Origin: Phoronis australis
Taxonomy: Eukaryota > Animalia > Phoronida
Direction of reading: 5' to 3'
Length of the DNA: 64,000 nucleotides
NCBI GenBank assembly: GCA_002633005.1
Contig: NMRA01000109.1
Span: 282,252-346,251 of the forward strand
Below the pieces are notes generated by a model that did no database searches, was not told the origin of the DNA, and saw nothing but the letters and a program-made list of their open reading frames with translations. Below, in pieces: positions 1 to 13,090 of this stretch. The translations under genes and the position numbers were made by a program. The number at the start of each line of letters is the position of its first letter. Position 1 is the first letter of the stretch.

Positions 1-422
1 TTGATGAATGACAAACATATGCATGAATTTGAAAAATCTAGATCAAAAATTAGTTTTGCACTTAGTTACCTTTGACCAGGAAGTTCGGTTCAGTTAATCA
101 GAACAAAACTCCGTGTACGATCTGGGTGCACTTCAGTGGCACCAAGATGTTCATAAAAGTTGAAGAGTCAATCTCAAAAATATCATTTTAAAATATATCG
201 GTTGACCCCTCTTGGGGTTTCTATAGTTCATTTTGGGTCGTACCCGTATTATCAGTGGTGTTTGATTAGCAATTGAGTCAACCACCATGAACATGAACTC
301 TCTCACTAATGCAACATGTACACTGTACATGTAATTTCCAGGTTATTAAAAAGTCTAAAATTTAGCAGAAAGCCACACTTCGGCTAATGTCGTCAAAGTT
401 GTTTTTGCAAATATAAATCAAC

Positions 423-748
423 ATGACGGACTGTCGGAGTGGGGAAAGCCAGCAAGAAGACGCCTACTCCAACACCAACAGATGATGGGTCTTCACATGA
501 TGAACAAGGTGACGTTGCTGCTCATGCAGAAGATGCGGCCGAATCTGAACAAGTCCACAGCCAGCCAACCAAAGAATAAAAAGTCCGTACTGATCTGAAT
601 GAGGAGAAGACAATGGCGGACTGGCTATGAGAACATCCTGAACTTTATATCAGCTCAATGCTTTTAAGGTATGGTGAAGAAGGACGCGGCGTGGGCTGAG
701 CAGGCAGCCAGAGTTGATAAGCCAGTACCATCCCTGATCGTATGGTTT
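423..748 (+). pseudogene. Harbinger accessory MADF/Myb-like DNA-binding protein, N-terminal remnant
   Basis: Manual translation gives an acidic N-terminus, then EEKTMADWL*EHPELY...KKDAAWAEQAARVDKPVPSLIVWF (MADF/SANT-like tryptophan spacing), abutting the transposase remnant. Confidence 0.6.
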
Positions 749-1399
749 AGCGCTTCAGACATGTATCCTTCTCCACCAACATCAATCCAGACAAATTGGT
801 AATCGGCGTCAAAAAGTCCCATCAACACCACTGAACAGAATTTTCTACAATTGCGGAACACACTGCCAATGCTGGGACACTTGCGAATTGCGTCGTGCTT
901 CCCATTCAGACCCCCACAGGCAAAGGGAACGTTCCAGCGCTGCTCGAACTTGTCAGCTACATCTTTTCATTCGTCTAGGGTGGTAAGGCATTGCATCTTC
1001 TCGTCTTTAATTTCTTCAACGATGGTTTGGCAGAGTTCTTTAACCAGCACAGATAGTGTGATTACTGGGACCCGGTAATTGAATTTAATGCTCGCCCACG
1101 TGTCTCCAGAGGCTAGGTGGCGAAGAGTTTTAGGAAGCTTCGTTCCTGGGTGCAAGGCCTTTCTTCTGTTGGTGTCCATCTTTGTGATACGTAGTCCAAT
1201 ACTGTTAAGTAGCTCATCAAACATCTCGGGATGAATCTGGCTGAGGATATTCTGGAACAAGACTGGATTCTCCTCTACTGAGCTCGACTATAAGCTGGTT
1301 GTAGTGGCTGAACTGCTCTCGTCTCACGTCGCCCAGCCAAGATCTCATCCAGCATCTTCTTCGTCTTGCTCGTATCTTTATTCGCATCTTGGCAGTCAT
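745..1399 (-). pseudogene. Harbinger (HARBI1-like DDE) transposase, frameshifted N-terminal half
   Basis: ORF fragments WMRSWL..RREQFSHYNQLIVEL, PEMFDELLNSIGLRITKMDTNRRKAL..KLPKTLRHLASGDTWASIKFNYRVP and RKFCSVVLMGLFDADYQFVWIDVGGEGYMSEA follow the HARBI1 motif order. Confidence 0.85.
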
Positions 1400-2361
1400 T
1401 GCTTTTCATCTTCTCCTACACCTGCAGCAGCTGCTACCACTCTGTTGAGCTTTCAATACTGACTATCGATATGAACTATTAAAAGGTTTTTAGAACAGCC
1501 AGGCTTTTATACTACAAAATAGACCCGCAGTAGCACCGTGCAAGCACCTCAATACAAGCACCACAATAACAACGTCGGCACAGCTGTAGGAACTCAGGGG
1601 CACCGCAGAAAGATCGCCAAATTCTCTAAAATTTCCTTCCTGGCTCCGTAGTGGTATCCCCATAACCGCAGTAGAACAGCCAGGGGATCGCCGTAGGATC
1701 GCCAGTCTACGTTTTTGGTGATTGCACGGCGGATGTACTGCAGAAGCACGACGGTGATGGAGATGCTTCTGCGCTCCTTGTACGCTACCACGGCGGCCAT
1801 GACGGTGTCGCTGCAATCCTACTGCGGATTGGCCCAGCCCGCGGTGACATTGTCGAAGTTTAGAACAAAGTTTCGGCCGTGGCTCCGCGAAGGTCTGAGG
1901 TTCTGAGTTTTCCGTGATGCTACGGCGATCAATGGCGGTACCGCTGCGGAACCACGGCTATCATTGGCGGAACCACTGCGGTTTGTGCTGCACAAGCTTC
2001 GCAGTGGCACTGCACCTCAGGTCTGACCGGGGTATTAACCGCTTGTTTTTAAACTGTATTTGCTGCCAGGAACGACATAAGTAACACTGGTACGTCTTTG
2101 AGTTGATTTTATTTGGTAGCTTTGTTTTTTTTCTGTTTTTTTTGTCTTTCATATTTGTCATATCAACTCTCTTAATTGCAAAAAACAGGGAAATTCCAGC
2201 CAAGCTCACGGCCCAGCTCATTGATCCTGCGAGTCAGCGATTGTTCTACGTTCAGATCGAGTTGAGCTTGTGTAGACTGGGTCGAGGGGGTTGTGGGTCG
2301 CGGGTCAAGAGTGGCGAGGGGGTCGTGCGCCATGGGTCGAGGGTTTTAGAACAATCAAAAC

Positions 2362-2552
2362 TACAAGATTAGCAAGAAAAGAACAGATAAGAAGAACAAG
2401 AAGACCGAGAACAGAAACGAGAAGAGGAGATAGAAATAAAAGAAGGGCAATGAGAGAAATAGCGAAAAGACAAACGAAAAGTGGAGAGAGAGCAGGAACA
2501 AGAACAGGAAGGAAAAAAAGGTGAACGCGAAGAAGAAGAAGAACAAGAACAG
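2362..2552 (+). repeat. Purine-rich low-complexity tract (GAA/AGAAC-type)
   Basis: Almost exclusively A/G on the + strand. Confidence 0.7.
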
Positions 2553-3453
2553 TCTTCAGGGCTCTAAACTAAGGGACTGTGCTGTATTTATTGACGGCAT
2601 ATAACTTAAATCACTTGGCCAAAAAAGGCAATTGTCGGTTTGCTAGCAACTTCAACTTAGAAGCCGGCACATATGGAAAATCAGTTATAATGGATCTCCA
2701 ATGATACTAAGGGTCTGGCCAAGCTAAAACGTAAATAGTTTCCTTTGCATCAGTCAAATTCCTCTACGGGTTTGAGACCACGTTCTTGTTAGCAGTAGGA
2801 AACCTTGACCAAATATCATTCATTGACTCTTTGTTTAAACTCAGTGGTGTAGTTAATGTGATTTGGTAGACATTTTCGACGCAAAGATCACCATTTAATA
2901 CCCAGCAATAATTTGTAGATGCTGGCAACCATCTTCAAATGAATATTTTAAAAATTTGTGCGAGTTTCTAAGCTTGAATGAGTACTTTGCCAAGGTAATC
3001 AGACACTTTGAAATTAAAAAAATATTAAGTAAACTCCACACGAAGCAACTCAACGAAATTTTGAAGAATACAAACTAATTAAAATAAACAATGTAAGTTA
3101 TGTTAAAGATGTACTAGACCAACAGATTAGTCTATTTTGAAAATCAAACAAACCGTTGCCACTAATGACACTAGCCCTGTCTACCCATTCTTCAACAACA
3201 TGAAAGCTGAATAAACGCATACAAATGGAATTAAAAAATCATTTGTGAATGGCAATGTATTATGGAGAAATGATTGTCCAAAAAAGCAAATTACCAGGCA
3301 AATGTGCAGATAAGTTTGTATGCTTTTGCGCAATGGTGTATGTCCACATTTTCTTGAGCTTGAACGAATTCCACAAACTTTGGGAGATAAGTAACCTGCA
3401 CGACTTTTTGGTGCTATTACAAATTAGGATTCAATAATAATATTATTTTACAG

Positions 3454-3504
3454 GTTTTGTCCTATGCTGCGTCCAGGTTCACACTGTCAAAGGCGCTTTT
3501 CACG
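3454..3504 (+). CDS. Probable coding exon of a secreted WSC/F-type-lectin-like protein: end of signal peptide
   Basis: Acceptor TATTTTACAG| and donor G|GTAAGA; 51 nt, phase 1-1. Reads xFVLCCVQVHTVKG-AFH (hydrophobic stretch then a V-K-G cleavage-like site) and splices in frame to the WSC exon (G+TC = Val). Confidence 0.6.
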
Positions 3505-3599
3505 GTAAGAATCGCACTGATTGTTGCTATTGTTGTCTGCATGTACCGAAAATAGACCAGTGAAATATCGGAGTTACTTGTGTGTGACTGCGAGCCTCC

Positions 3600-3680
3600 G
3601 TGTGCGTGTGCGTGTGTTTGTGTGTGTGTGTTTGAGAGAGAGAGAGAGAGATAGATATATATACATATATATATATATAC

Positions 3681-3745
<65 letters not shown>

Positions 3746-3755
3746 AAGAGAGAGA
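3600..3755. repeat. Compound microsatellite (GT)n(GA)n(TA)n(GA)n
   Basis: Directly visible. Confidence 0.95.
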
Positions 3756-5071
3756 TTGAGCCTGTATTATTACTTTTCCATTGTTTCTATTCTTCATTTG
3801 TGCAAGAGGATTTATGAGATACAGGTAATAATTGTTTGTTCGTGGCATTTTCCTGCGCCCATGAATTACCATTTAAAATATGAAAAGTTTACCACGTGAC
3901 TTAATCCGATCCAGTAATTCGTGCTGCTGACTGTGCACATGGTATTTGCCAATTGCCTCACTCTTGGCGGTCTGTCCCACGCTTTTAAATGTTTCCATCG
4001 TAACGCAACACCATCTAAATGTCCTGCTTTTTGACACAGGGACGCATTGACATATTATCATACAAGTTCAAAAATTTATTGACCACATTACAGCCAATCT
4101 AATCTAATCTAATGAATCATTTTAGGGGTTAGAGAAATTTAGTGAAGTATGACACCACAGACTTTGGTGGTTTTAGAGGTGCCAGGGTAGCTTTCTGGGG
4201 AGGGGGCAACATAAGTAAGTTTTGAATGATCTCAGAGCTGCTAATTATGTGGTAAGTTCATGACCTTTGTAAGCAAAAGCGGCACCTACACTAAACTTCC
4301 AATGTAAGACTGGAACTGTTTTCATGCTTCTGAAAAACCAGTAGCACCTGTACGTTACACCCTTATATCTAAGCAGCCCACACGAGGAAACACGGGCATG
4401 TAGAAAACTCCAGAGGACTCGATTTCCTCGAAAAATTGCAAAAATATAAATATAAATATAGTCAGCCCTTCATGCATTCTTAGGAAAAGGTTCTGAATTT
4501 CACTATTTTCAGACCTCACATTTGTGTATTTGTCGTGCTAAATCATTCACTATTAGTGTGCCATTTGTACGCACTAAAAGACCGCAAATATAATGCAACA
4601 ATTAATAAAATGATTTGCTTAAATCTCCTTCATTAGTTTTCCGAACACAAAAACGTCCTTCTGTCCAGTGAACAGGATTGGACATGAACTCGACAAATGC
4701 ACATTAGATTTTATTGTTGTTATACCTTGTACATGTAATTTTCTCACTAATAATTCTTCACACATTTTCAAATAAGATTTTCTGTGGATCAAATGTTCAT
4801 TTGAAATAATTTGTGATTTGAATCATTTACTAAGATAAAACAGCTGGGAACAGCATGCCTTCGTCTTTCGTCCTTTGTCGCAGAACGTGTTATTGTGTTT
4901 TTGCTTCATTCAGTTTAGTCATCGTATTACATCACTTACTGTTGTTGTTTACTACCACTTCTCCGCATGCAGAAGATGAGCAATACTTCCTATTCCTAGA
5001 ACTGTGTATTTGTAAGCATTGTGCATCCTTTATTTGTTCATCTTATTTGATTGGTTAAGTCGCGTTTCTTT

Positions 5072-5180
<109 letters not shown>

Positions 5181-6149
5181 CACTTTCACTTTAAGTAGCT
5201 GCAGTATTATCAGTAGCTTCAGTAGTATGAGTTGATTAGAAGTTGTTTCTCCACATTGAGAGTTGTTCTCACCATTCGTTGACAGTCTTCGATATACTGG
5301 TCAAGACTCGTCTCTTGTTCTTGCCTACGAACCACGTCGTACACAGCCAGCCCTTGTCAGCGGCCCTTGGATAACATTCGTGTGGCATATTCAAAGTTTT
5401 GAGCCAGTATTTAACACAGCTAGCAAAGTATCTCGTAAACATAGGGCACCTGCCACATTCACCCAATAATGCAGCGTTAGAGCAGGAACCTTTAATATAT
5501 GCCGTCTTAAACATGACCCAAAGGTGGAGAAAACGCAAAGAACATGTTTTTGAATGAATATTTTTAACTAAAAAACATATTCATATTTTCCCCAAATCTT
5601 GATGGCTTTAGAAAAAATTCTGACTCATATTTCAAAATTTTCCCATAGTCTTATTTAAATCACAAATTCACAGTTATTACCATAGAGCCATTATCACATA
5701 AATATACTGTTTCTGTATTTTTGAGGTTTAGCAAATACAAAGGTGTCAGTCAAAATTCCAACTTCATATCAAAACAACTTAAGTTTTAATCATTCTCTAT
5801 CGAATCCCTGGCAACGATTTGAGCTTTATTTGAATTGGATTTCATTTTTTTGTTTTCATAAGCCTTGACCAAGCTGGGAAATGAACTTGAGTGTATTGCC
5901 ACTACTATGAAATAAAGAAACTGAGATTATCGTGTTCAAACCTTGGCTTATTCTACATGTAGTCTGCTTTTGGTCAACTTTACTGAAAATCTGTGTATGT
6001 AATGCTCCAGTTTTATCGAATATGTTAAAAACATCAGGGGGTACTTTCTATCGAAAAATAACCAATTTGCTAGTTGCTGTATTGTAATATTTGAGCTTAT
6101 TTTCTTAAAATGTGAGTGCTTCTCGTTGCGCATTTTGACAAAGGGGCCT

Positions 6150-9100
6150 GTACTCCAGTCATTCTACGCATGACCCGGAGAAATTGCAACAGAAGATTTT
6201 ATTGCATAAATCCCCTTAGTGTGAGAAAAAGTCTACCGGAATCGGAGTGGCGGAAGTTGTTTTTTTCAAAGTGGTGGACAAAATGGCCGCCAGATTTGCA
6301 AATGACTATTATAACTCGAGAGTGGAATGTGATAGAGTAAAAATTCATAAAGTTGTACCTATCTTTCGTGGGTCAACAAATCTATTGGAAATAGTTATGC
6401 ATGTTCATGGTGACACCGCCCACCATTTTCCAAGATGGCCGCCAAAACTACTTCGAGTCGTACAGCTTTGCTCAAACAGATTAGTGTGTCGTACTCTTGA
6501 TTCAAACATTGCATCATAGGTTTTCTGGGTCGACAAATTGAGACTGATTGCATACTTCCACCATTTCCAAGATGGCGGGCAAAATGGCCGCCATATTTGC
6601 AAATGACCATTATAAATTGAGAGAGGAATGTGACAGTGTAAAAATTCAAAATGGTTTACCTATTTTTTGTGGGCCAACAAATCCATTGGAATTTGTTTTT
6701 TTATGGCTGTGGTGACATCATCCGCCAATTTTCATGATGGCCGCCAATTTTCATGATGGCCTCCAAAACTATTTCGAGTCGCACAACTTCGCAAAAACAG
6801 ATTAGTGTCATGGGCGGCCCACCATAGTGGGATGGGGGGGGGCTGTAGCTCGCCCTACCCCACACTTTTTTCAGTGCTACATGTACGCCGCACTTGATCT
6901 ATAGGCGATGCACCACAGAGGGCTGAGGAGGTTTATCCCCCCACTTTTTTAGTGCTGCGCCGCCCATAAGTGTGTCGTCTGGCTTCAAACATTGCATCAT
7001 AGGTTTTATAGGCCGACTAATCCATTCAGACTCCTTGCATTTGGCCCTAATGATTACTTCCACCATTTTCTAAGATGGCCACCAAATAGTTCCTTGTGTA
7101 AGAACATCAGATTCCAGAGACACGCCATCTTCACAGATGTCATATCCTGAGATTTTATGTGAGCACGTCCGTTACAATAATTTTTGTCTGACTCTGATGA
7201 TTATGATTACCATTTTTAAGATTACTTAACGAATAATAACTTACTTGGGTGAAAAACATCAGGTTCGCCTGGACTGAAGGATAATTCTCCTCTTGAAAAA
7301 TGTGCTCTATCGAAAATAACTATCTGCGATTACTTTATTGATCTACTATCCACACTGTCTGTGTCACCTCCAATTAGTTGTAAATGCTAGTGAATACAGC
7401 AACAGTTGAGACAGGAGAAAGGTTTAGCAAAGTATGTTTAGCAGTTTTAACAGTTTATAAGTGCTTGCATAGCTCCCACTACGCTTCTCTTTATTGACGT
7501 TACAAGTCTGTCTGAAACAGTCATTCTCAGTCTGTGTTCAAAATGTATACACAATCAAGCAATATTTACGCAACTAATCTCTGTCAACTGAGAATGAATT
7601 GCTGCAGCTTACATCACTGCAATCTACACAAGCAAGCGAGAACGGCAATCTTAATTTCTGGAAAGTACATATCTTGGAACTGCAGTTGATCTTACGCGAA
7701 CATCTTATTACTTTCAGCAGGCTCTCTGGTGGTGCTGACTGGTCCGTCGTTGTGGGACTGAATTTTCCACCTGCCAGCATACATCCCCAATACACCGAGT
7801 GTGTGCCAATGCCACGGAAAATTGACCACTCTTGCTCTTGATAACATTTCCCAGCAGCATGGAATTTAGCTAATGAAGAAAGTTGGTGGTAATGACTGCA
7901 TATGGACTGGGGCTACTTTGAAACCTCATCCACAAATAGCCTGTTTCGAAAGTCATCCAAATTTCCAGAGCCAGTTCCGCCATAAAGCATAGACACAACT
8001 CTTACCAGCTTCAAATATGTGTTGCTTCAGCTGCATGGGTCTAGTGATGTAGTCTAGCATTTTCACATAATTCTCGATCACGCAGTTTCTTGAATGGGAG
8101 AGCCATAACTAAAACCGAAGAGCCTTAATGTTGTATTGCAACCACATATTACATGCGCAAATGGCAAAATTGCGCAAGTTTCGGCACCAAGAGACAACTG
8201 CAGTTTCTTGATGTCCCAGACTCTCCTCTTCCTTTGGTGCCTCATGTCAAATTTCATGAACATTGGAAATTTTTGTGAAGTAGCATGGTAACACAAAAGA
8301 ACCAACAAGTTTGTATCGACCGTATTGTGCTGCGTTCTCTACTGCTGCTTCTACAATTAAAACATCTGCGTCACCTGGAATTTGTACCTCTGTGCAACTA
8401 GCATTTCCTAGCAAACTTGACAAGAAGTAAATGTATCGTTGTTTATTTTTGCTCTTTGCTAAAAATGTTCCTTCTTTGACTTGATCACCATGACACCATT
8501 GAAGTGAACTTCAGTTCCAACCACCACAACCCAGTCTTCGAAAATGGGAGACTTCTTTAGTTGATGGTCCATCTCAGTAACCATCTAACACAACAGTAGG
8601 CCTGGCACACTTGCTGATGTAATCCACATAGGCTCTACCAAACAACTGAAATGTTGCACCTCTAGGCCATGGAATACGGTTAAAGAGAGAATTGCCATCG
8701 GAAACATGCATCACCGTGTTGCCTGGAAATTGAAATCATCAGGTAGTCCCCCACTGGACCAGATTGCATCACCTAATATTGATTTATTAGCGATTGTGGG
8801 AATACCAGATGTATCAAAAAGAGCAGGGGAATCAATACACAGCTCGAACTTCAAAAGGCTTGATGAATTCCCATTGTTTTCTTTTGCAGCTGTCAGGATT
8901 CGCTGAAATACCAGTCGTGGATCTACTTGCGTAAAATTACTATTAGCAACATCAACTGATTGACTTGACATTGCCACAACATTGTCTTTCTTTCTGAATG
9001 TGAAGTCTTTCACACGTGACCCCATTCATAGACAAGAGAATCGCATTCCCCACTTCTCTGGCATTTTGGCATTGACGTGTGCTCCTGCAGTCACACCAGT

Positions 9101-9450
9101 GGCGATGTTCTGTAATGCTTCTCTTTAAAATATGTTTCTGTTGTGGAGGAATTCAACAAGGCTGCGGATGTCTTTGTCGTCGTGGGTACATTCTCTATGC
9201 TGCTGACTTGTTTAACACTTCAAGTTTGTCGCAGTCTGCATGGCACCATTTATACTTGAGCACGCCGGAAAGGAAAGTAGCCAATGTGCACGTTGCTGCG
9301 CATCTCTCATTTCACAACCTCTAGTTAAACCTCCTGTTGTTTTAATACTTTACATGAGCGTGTGTTCAATTACAAGATCATATGACAAGCCTGCCCAGAT
9401 TCTCTCTTTGTGTTATGGCATTTTGGCCGTAGAAGTCTGGACGGGTGTCT
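6150..9450 (-). mobile_element. Academ-type (XPG-nuclease + Cys-rich) DNA transposon remnant, 3' part; boundaries approximate
   Basis: Minus-strand fragments in expected order: IWAGLSYDLVIEHTLM*SIKTTGGLTRG (~9330-9400); DFTFRKKDNVV..VDPRLVFQRIL..FELCIDSPALFD (8711-9025); LVLLCYH..AHVICGCNTT, an H3TH-like motif (8078-8308); Cys-rich C-terminus CSRKINCSSKICT..LACVDCSDVSCSN (7574-7795). Diverged ~300-bp subterminal repeats with AAGATGGCCGCC at 6270-7080. Confidence 0.7.
6809..6968. mobile_element. Short non-autonomous TIR element (MITE), 5-bp TSD AGTGT
   Basis: CATGGGCGGC...GCCGCCCATA flanked by AGTGT (6804-6808 and 6969-6973). The empty site ATTAGTGTGTCGT is seen in the sister repeat at ~6480. 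Same family as 51372-51495. Confidence 0.8.
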
Positions 9451-10293
9451 TAGGGTTGCTGCATCTGCTTTACACAAACGCATAAATGAATAAGCAAAGT
9501 TTTACACAATATCAACTTTAAAAAAATGTCAAAAATCTCCAGTGTATACACCATCCTTAACTGTACAACCACTATAGCCAATACCTGAACTTTTTGGTTT
9601 AAAGGATATACTTATAGTATACATATGTGGCGGAACGGACGTTTCTGTGTGGTTACGTCGCCGTCCGCTGACACCGTTAACAACACGACACAGGTGGCAA
9701 TAACTACGAAACCGTAACAGGTGGAAATAAAGAAGGCCATAAAGATTAAAACCGTGAAGATAAATTTGTGACTCCCCGAGGTCGCAATCACGTAGCAAAG
9801 AGATCGATATATTGGCTCGTCCGTTGTTCACTGTATTTTTCTTTGCTGTAATGAAGATAAGGGCAAACATTTATCGGTAGCCGGTTGATGTGCTCACATG
9901 GTGCAATACCCAGTCGACGTGTGTTCCTATAGCTAAAAAAGACGCAAGCAGGAAAACAATAGTACTTTCCCATAGATACTAACTATGGTGCGGGCTTACA
10001 CAGTCGCATGGATGTCACAAGTTAAACAATGCCTTGCGACCTCCATGCGACGTCTTTGAAGGACGAAAAATGACACGTGTAGCGCGGGTATGATGTGACA
10101 ACAGCACGAGCGAGAAGCCAGTCAATAAAAAGATGAGTTACCAGGGTCCAGGATGTAGTTTTCGTTCTCGAAATCGAACTAGAAATTAAATCTTTCAATT
10201 CCAATTCTACTTTTTTTTGTCCTCGGTAAAATTTATTAAAATGTCATGAACGTCAACAATTTACGTTCAGACTATGTTAAATTGTTATTGTAG

Positions 10294-10608
10294 TCTACCA
10301 GGGCTGCTGGTACGATAATAGATGGCTATCTGAAAGAGCGCTGAACTTTGAAGTCGAGGAAGAATATTATGATGAATGGGACGGACTAACACAAGACAAG
10401 TGCTTCAGAGAATGTAGGAAGAGAGATTACACTTTCGCCGGTGTGGCGTGGGAAGTCTTGTGTTACTGTGGGAATGCCCTAGGTGAAGAAAAACTACATA
10501 AAGATACAAAATGTCGAGTATATAAATGCCGTGGTAACACAAATCAGTATTGTGGAGGAGATAAAGGATACTACTACGTATGGATGGTGAGCTATGATAA
10601 GCTTCCAA
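10294..10608 (+). CDS. Coding exon: WSC carbohydrate-binding domain
   Basis: Acceptor TTATTGTAG| and donor A|GTAAGT; 315 nt, phase 1-1, no stops. Reads YQGCWYDNRWLSERALNF..GLTQDKCFRECRKRDYTFAGVAWEVLCYCGNALGEEKLHKDTKCRVYKCRGNTNQYCGGDKGYYYVWMVSYDKLP, the eight-Cys WSC pattern (YxGCxxD, CxxxC, AG, CxCG, CxG, CGG). Confidence 0.92.
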
Positions 10609-11679
10609 GTAAGTAGTAACATACTTGTCCTGCAAGATTTAAGAACACTATCTATCCTCATTTTCCTTCAAGATTATTAATGTGTGCGTTTTTGAGTAGG
10701 GGTCAGCGCTTCCACCTATGCTACAAATCCCACAATTGCTTGATCCAGAAGTGTAAATTTTGCACAAACTTCGGAATGCATATGCTTGACCATACAGTTA
10801 TAAAATCGCTTTAAATGAACACCAGCGATGTGTGTAAATTGAAAACTTAAAGTTTTGAATTTGAACTACTCGAAATCTACTAACAGCTACCAAGTTTTAC
10901 GTCTTACGTAGGACGCCTACTTGGCAAGTTGGCTGAAGCGTACATAATACTTTAAAACCAGATTAACAACTTATTCGGCCAGCTAATAGTTTTGATTTTT
11001 CTTTGTCAAAACTTTTAATTGAAATTGGTCATCCTTTGGCGGAATTTCGCAAAATATCATTGTTCGTCAAGTCACTGGTGTACCATGTAAAGTAGCTGAC
11101 GATGTGCATCACAAACGCTGCAGGCGCCGTTCGCGTCGTCTTCTTTTTGTGGAGTGCAACGGTTACTAAAAACAAGAATGTGCAATAATTGCCGAGTTGG
11201 GAGCACTGTTAGAAGAGCAACGGATTTCGAAGTGCAGAGAGAAGATTGTAAAAACAGTGAGTATACAATAGACAATTATTGGTCAGTGTTTAGGATTCTG
11301 ATGAATTTCGAGAGATGTACTGCTGCGCTGCATAAAAAGCCCATTACCCGCTTCTGTAGAATATTTCCTTTGATTCCTTGCTACACGCACTAGTTTTGGA
11401 CAGAAGTTGGCCTAGTCGCCTTCTAGATTACGAAGCATCAACATCGCCCACTCGCAAGCTCGGACCGTTCTTTAACAACGAGCCCCTCCCGTTTCGTTCG
11501 TCGCTTTCTACTTTCTGGGTGTGACTCCGGGAGACTTCCCAAACTGATGAAAATCAGATAGACTAAATCCTCGATGTATTGGCCAAAATTGTCTAGAAAC
11601 GATTTCTGAACACAGAATAACCCATGACAGACAACTTCTACTTCGAAAAATTCTGGCAGAACAGGACGTCTTCAAATGG

Positions 11680-12350
11680 AATATCTCATACATCCGAGGT
11701 ACCACGCACAAGAACATATGATTTAATGCATGCCACTGACCACTAATTTGCCCGTGAGAAATAAAGTACACCTTGGGATGTGCACGTCAGAAACCTCCAC
11801 AAATAACACAAAACGGCATGCCACTAAAATTTTTCCTATTATAGATATGTGAGGTACCGGCCAAAAATAGTCTAAGTTGAACAATGGTGCTGCATTGACC
11901 ATCGACTTTCATATGGGAAACAAACTCCATTCTGAAAAGGGTTTGCCAGAAACCCCAAAAGAATCCCGACGCAATAAGCTAGCACATACATGTATATTCG
12001 AGGTATCACACACACAATTCCGAGTCATTCAATACACGCCGCTGGTTCCTTAATGGCCTAAGACAAACCAAATAAACTTTGGGTTACGCATGCCAACCCC
12101 CCAAAAAAATTCTCACCACTGAACATTTGATCTAGATTATTTATTCTTATTTCAAACGAATAATCGTGTCGAACCGAACACCTAATGACCTGCTATCAAC
12201 TAAGTATCCGCCAGATACCCCAATAGGACACCCTCAAAAATAACCAAGCTCATACGAGGTACCACAAAATTGATTCCATGTGATTTAATAGATGCCACGT
12301 CCCACTAAATGGGTTATGATAGACCAAATACACTCTGCGTTATGCCAGCG
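11680..12350. repeat. Diverged tandem repeat, ~260-300 bp units starting CGAGGTA(C/T)CAC; further partial copy at ~13110
   Basis: Related blocks begin at ~11695, ~11999, ~12255 and ~13113. Confidence 0.6.
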
Positions 12351-12499
12351 TCTCATTGAATAACAACTCCTTGAAAAAAGGACCGTTGGGTTATTTTCTA
12401 AGTACAAACACTAACCCAGTCATTTTTTCACGGCGTCCGAGAAGAATTATCAAGTCATGAAAAAGTGACAACGTGTCCTTGAAAACTTGACCTGTAATT

Positions 12500-13090
12500 G
12501 TTAACGATTACCCCGCAGCACAGGGTTGGGATAAGCAGATATATAACCCGCAACAAAGGATCTTTCTACAATGTTCGATTCGCTGAGGTTTATATCTGGG
12601 GTGACCTCCCCGGTGGGGAGCTCTTGGCGATGATCGATTGTCAAAGAATAGGGGACTGCATAGGAAAGGGTGGTGACAAAAAACCTCCAGTCAAGTGCGG
12701 GATTGATCGGGTACGAGAGATATGCAGCCAGGGTGGTGCATGAAAAGGGATGACTTGGTGCCTGGTGATTGAGCAGAGTGGTGCGAGAGTAGGGAACAGA
12801 GTGCGAGGGTAAAGAGCACATGGTGCTTGCAGACAGGGAATAATGTAAAGATGCAGGGTTGGTCAGTCCGCGAATCATGGCTATGAGAACTTTCATGTTC
12901 GTGAGACGCTACCATAGGAGTGAGTGGGGATTTGCATTCGTGAGAGGAGAGCAGAATACATGATAGTACAATTTTGAGCACCGGCACTGGCGCATGGAGA
13001 CAAGAACAAAACAAAACAAGAAACTGACCTTGTGCCGGCAGACGAAGGGCACACTCGAATGGGTCCGCCAAAAAGCCAAAGAGGATTTCC
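12500..13090 (-). mobile_element. Possible highly degenerate DIRS/Ngaro retrotransposon fragment (gag Zn-finger to RT N-terminus)
   Basis: GC-richer block. Minus-strand PCIF..FPVCKHH..CSLLSHHSAQSP resembles a gag C3H/CCHC finger, followed by FFVTTLSY..NIVERSFVAGYISAYPNP resembling the pre-RT region. Resemblance only. Confidence 0.3.

Larger units (their letters stand above)
423..2034. mobile_element. PIF/Harbinger DNA transposon, internally deleted and degenerate; left end not identified
   Basis: Minus-strand HARBI1-like transposase fragments converge with a plus-strand MADF/Myb-like fragment. The GC-rich subterminal region at 1500-2034 has repeated ACCGCAG/CCGTAG/CTACGG motifs and ends ...GACCGGGGTA followed by TTA (2035-2037), matching a Harbinger 3-bp TSD. 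Confidence 0.75.

Noticed and set aside
1490-2010. Several overlapping ORFs in a GC-rich block
   Set aside because: They overlie Harbinger subterminal repeats and have no recognisable protein motif.
2291-2546. Arg/Lys-rich and Phe/Leu-rich ORFs
   Set aside because: Translations of a purine-rich low-complexity tract.
2978-2994. ATGAGTACTTTGCCAAG|GTAATC as the first exon of the WSC gene
   Set aside because: The donor is phase 2, incompatible with the phase-1 frame needed for the signal-peptide and WSC exons.
3462-3872. 136-aa and 98-aa ORFs with SLSL/ERER runs
   Set aside because: Read-through of microsatellites.
10405-10635. Minus-strand 76-aa ORF
   Set aside because: Antisense shadow of the WSC exon.
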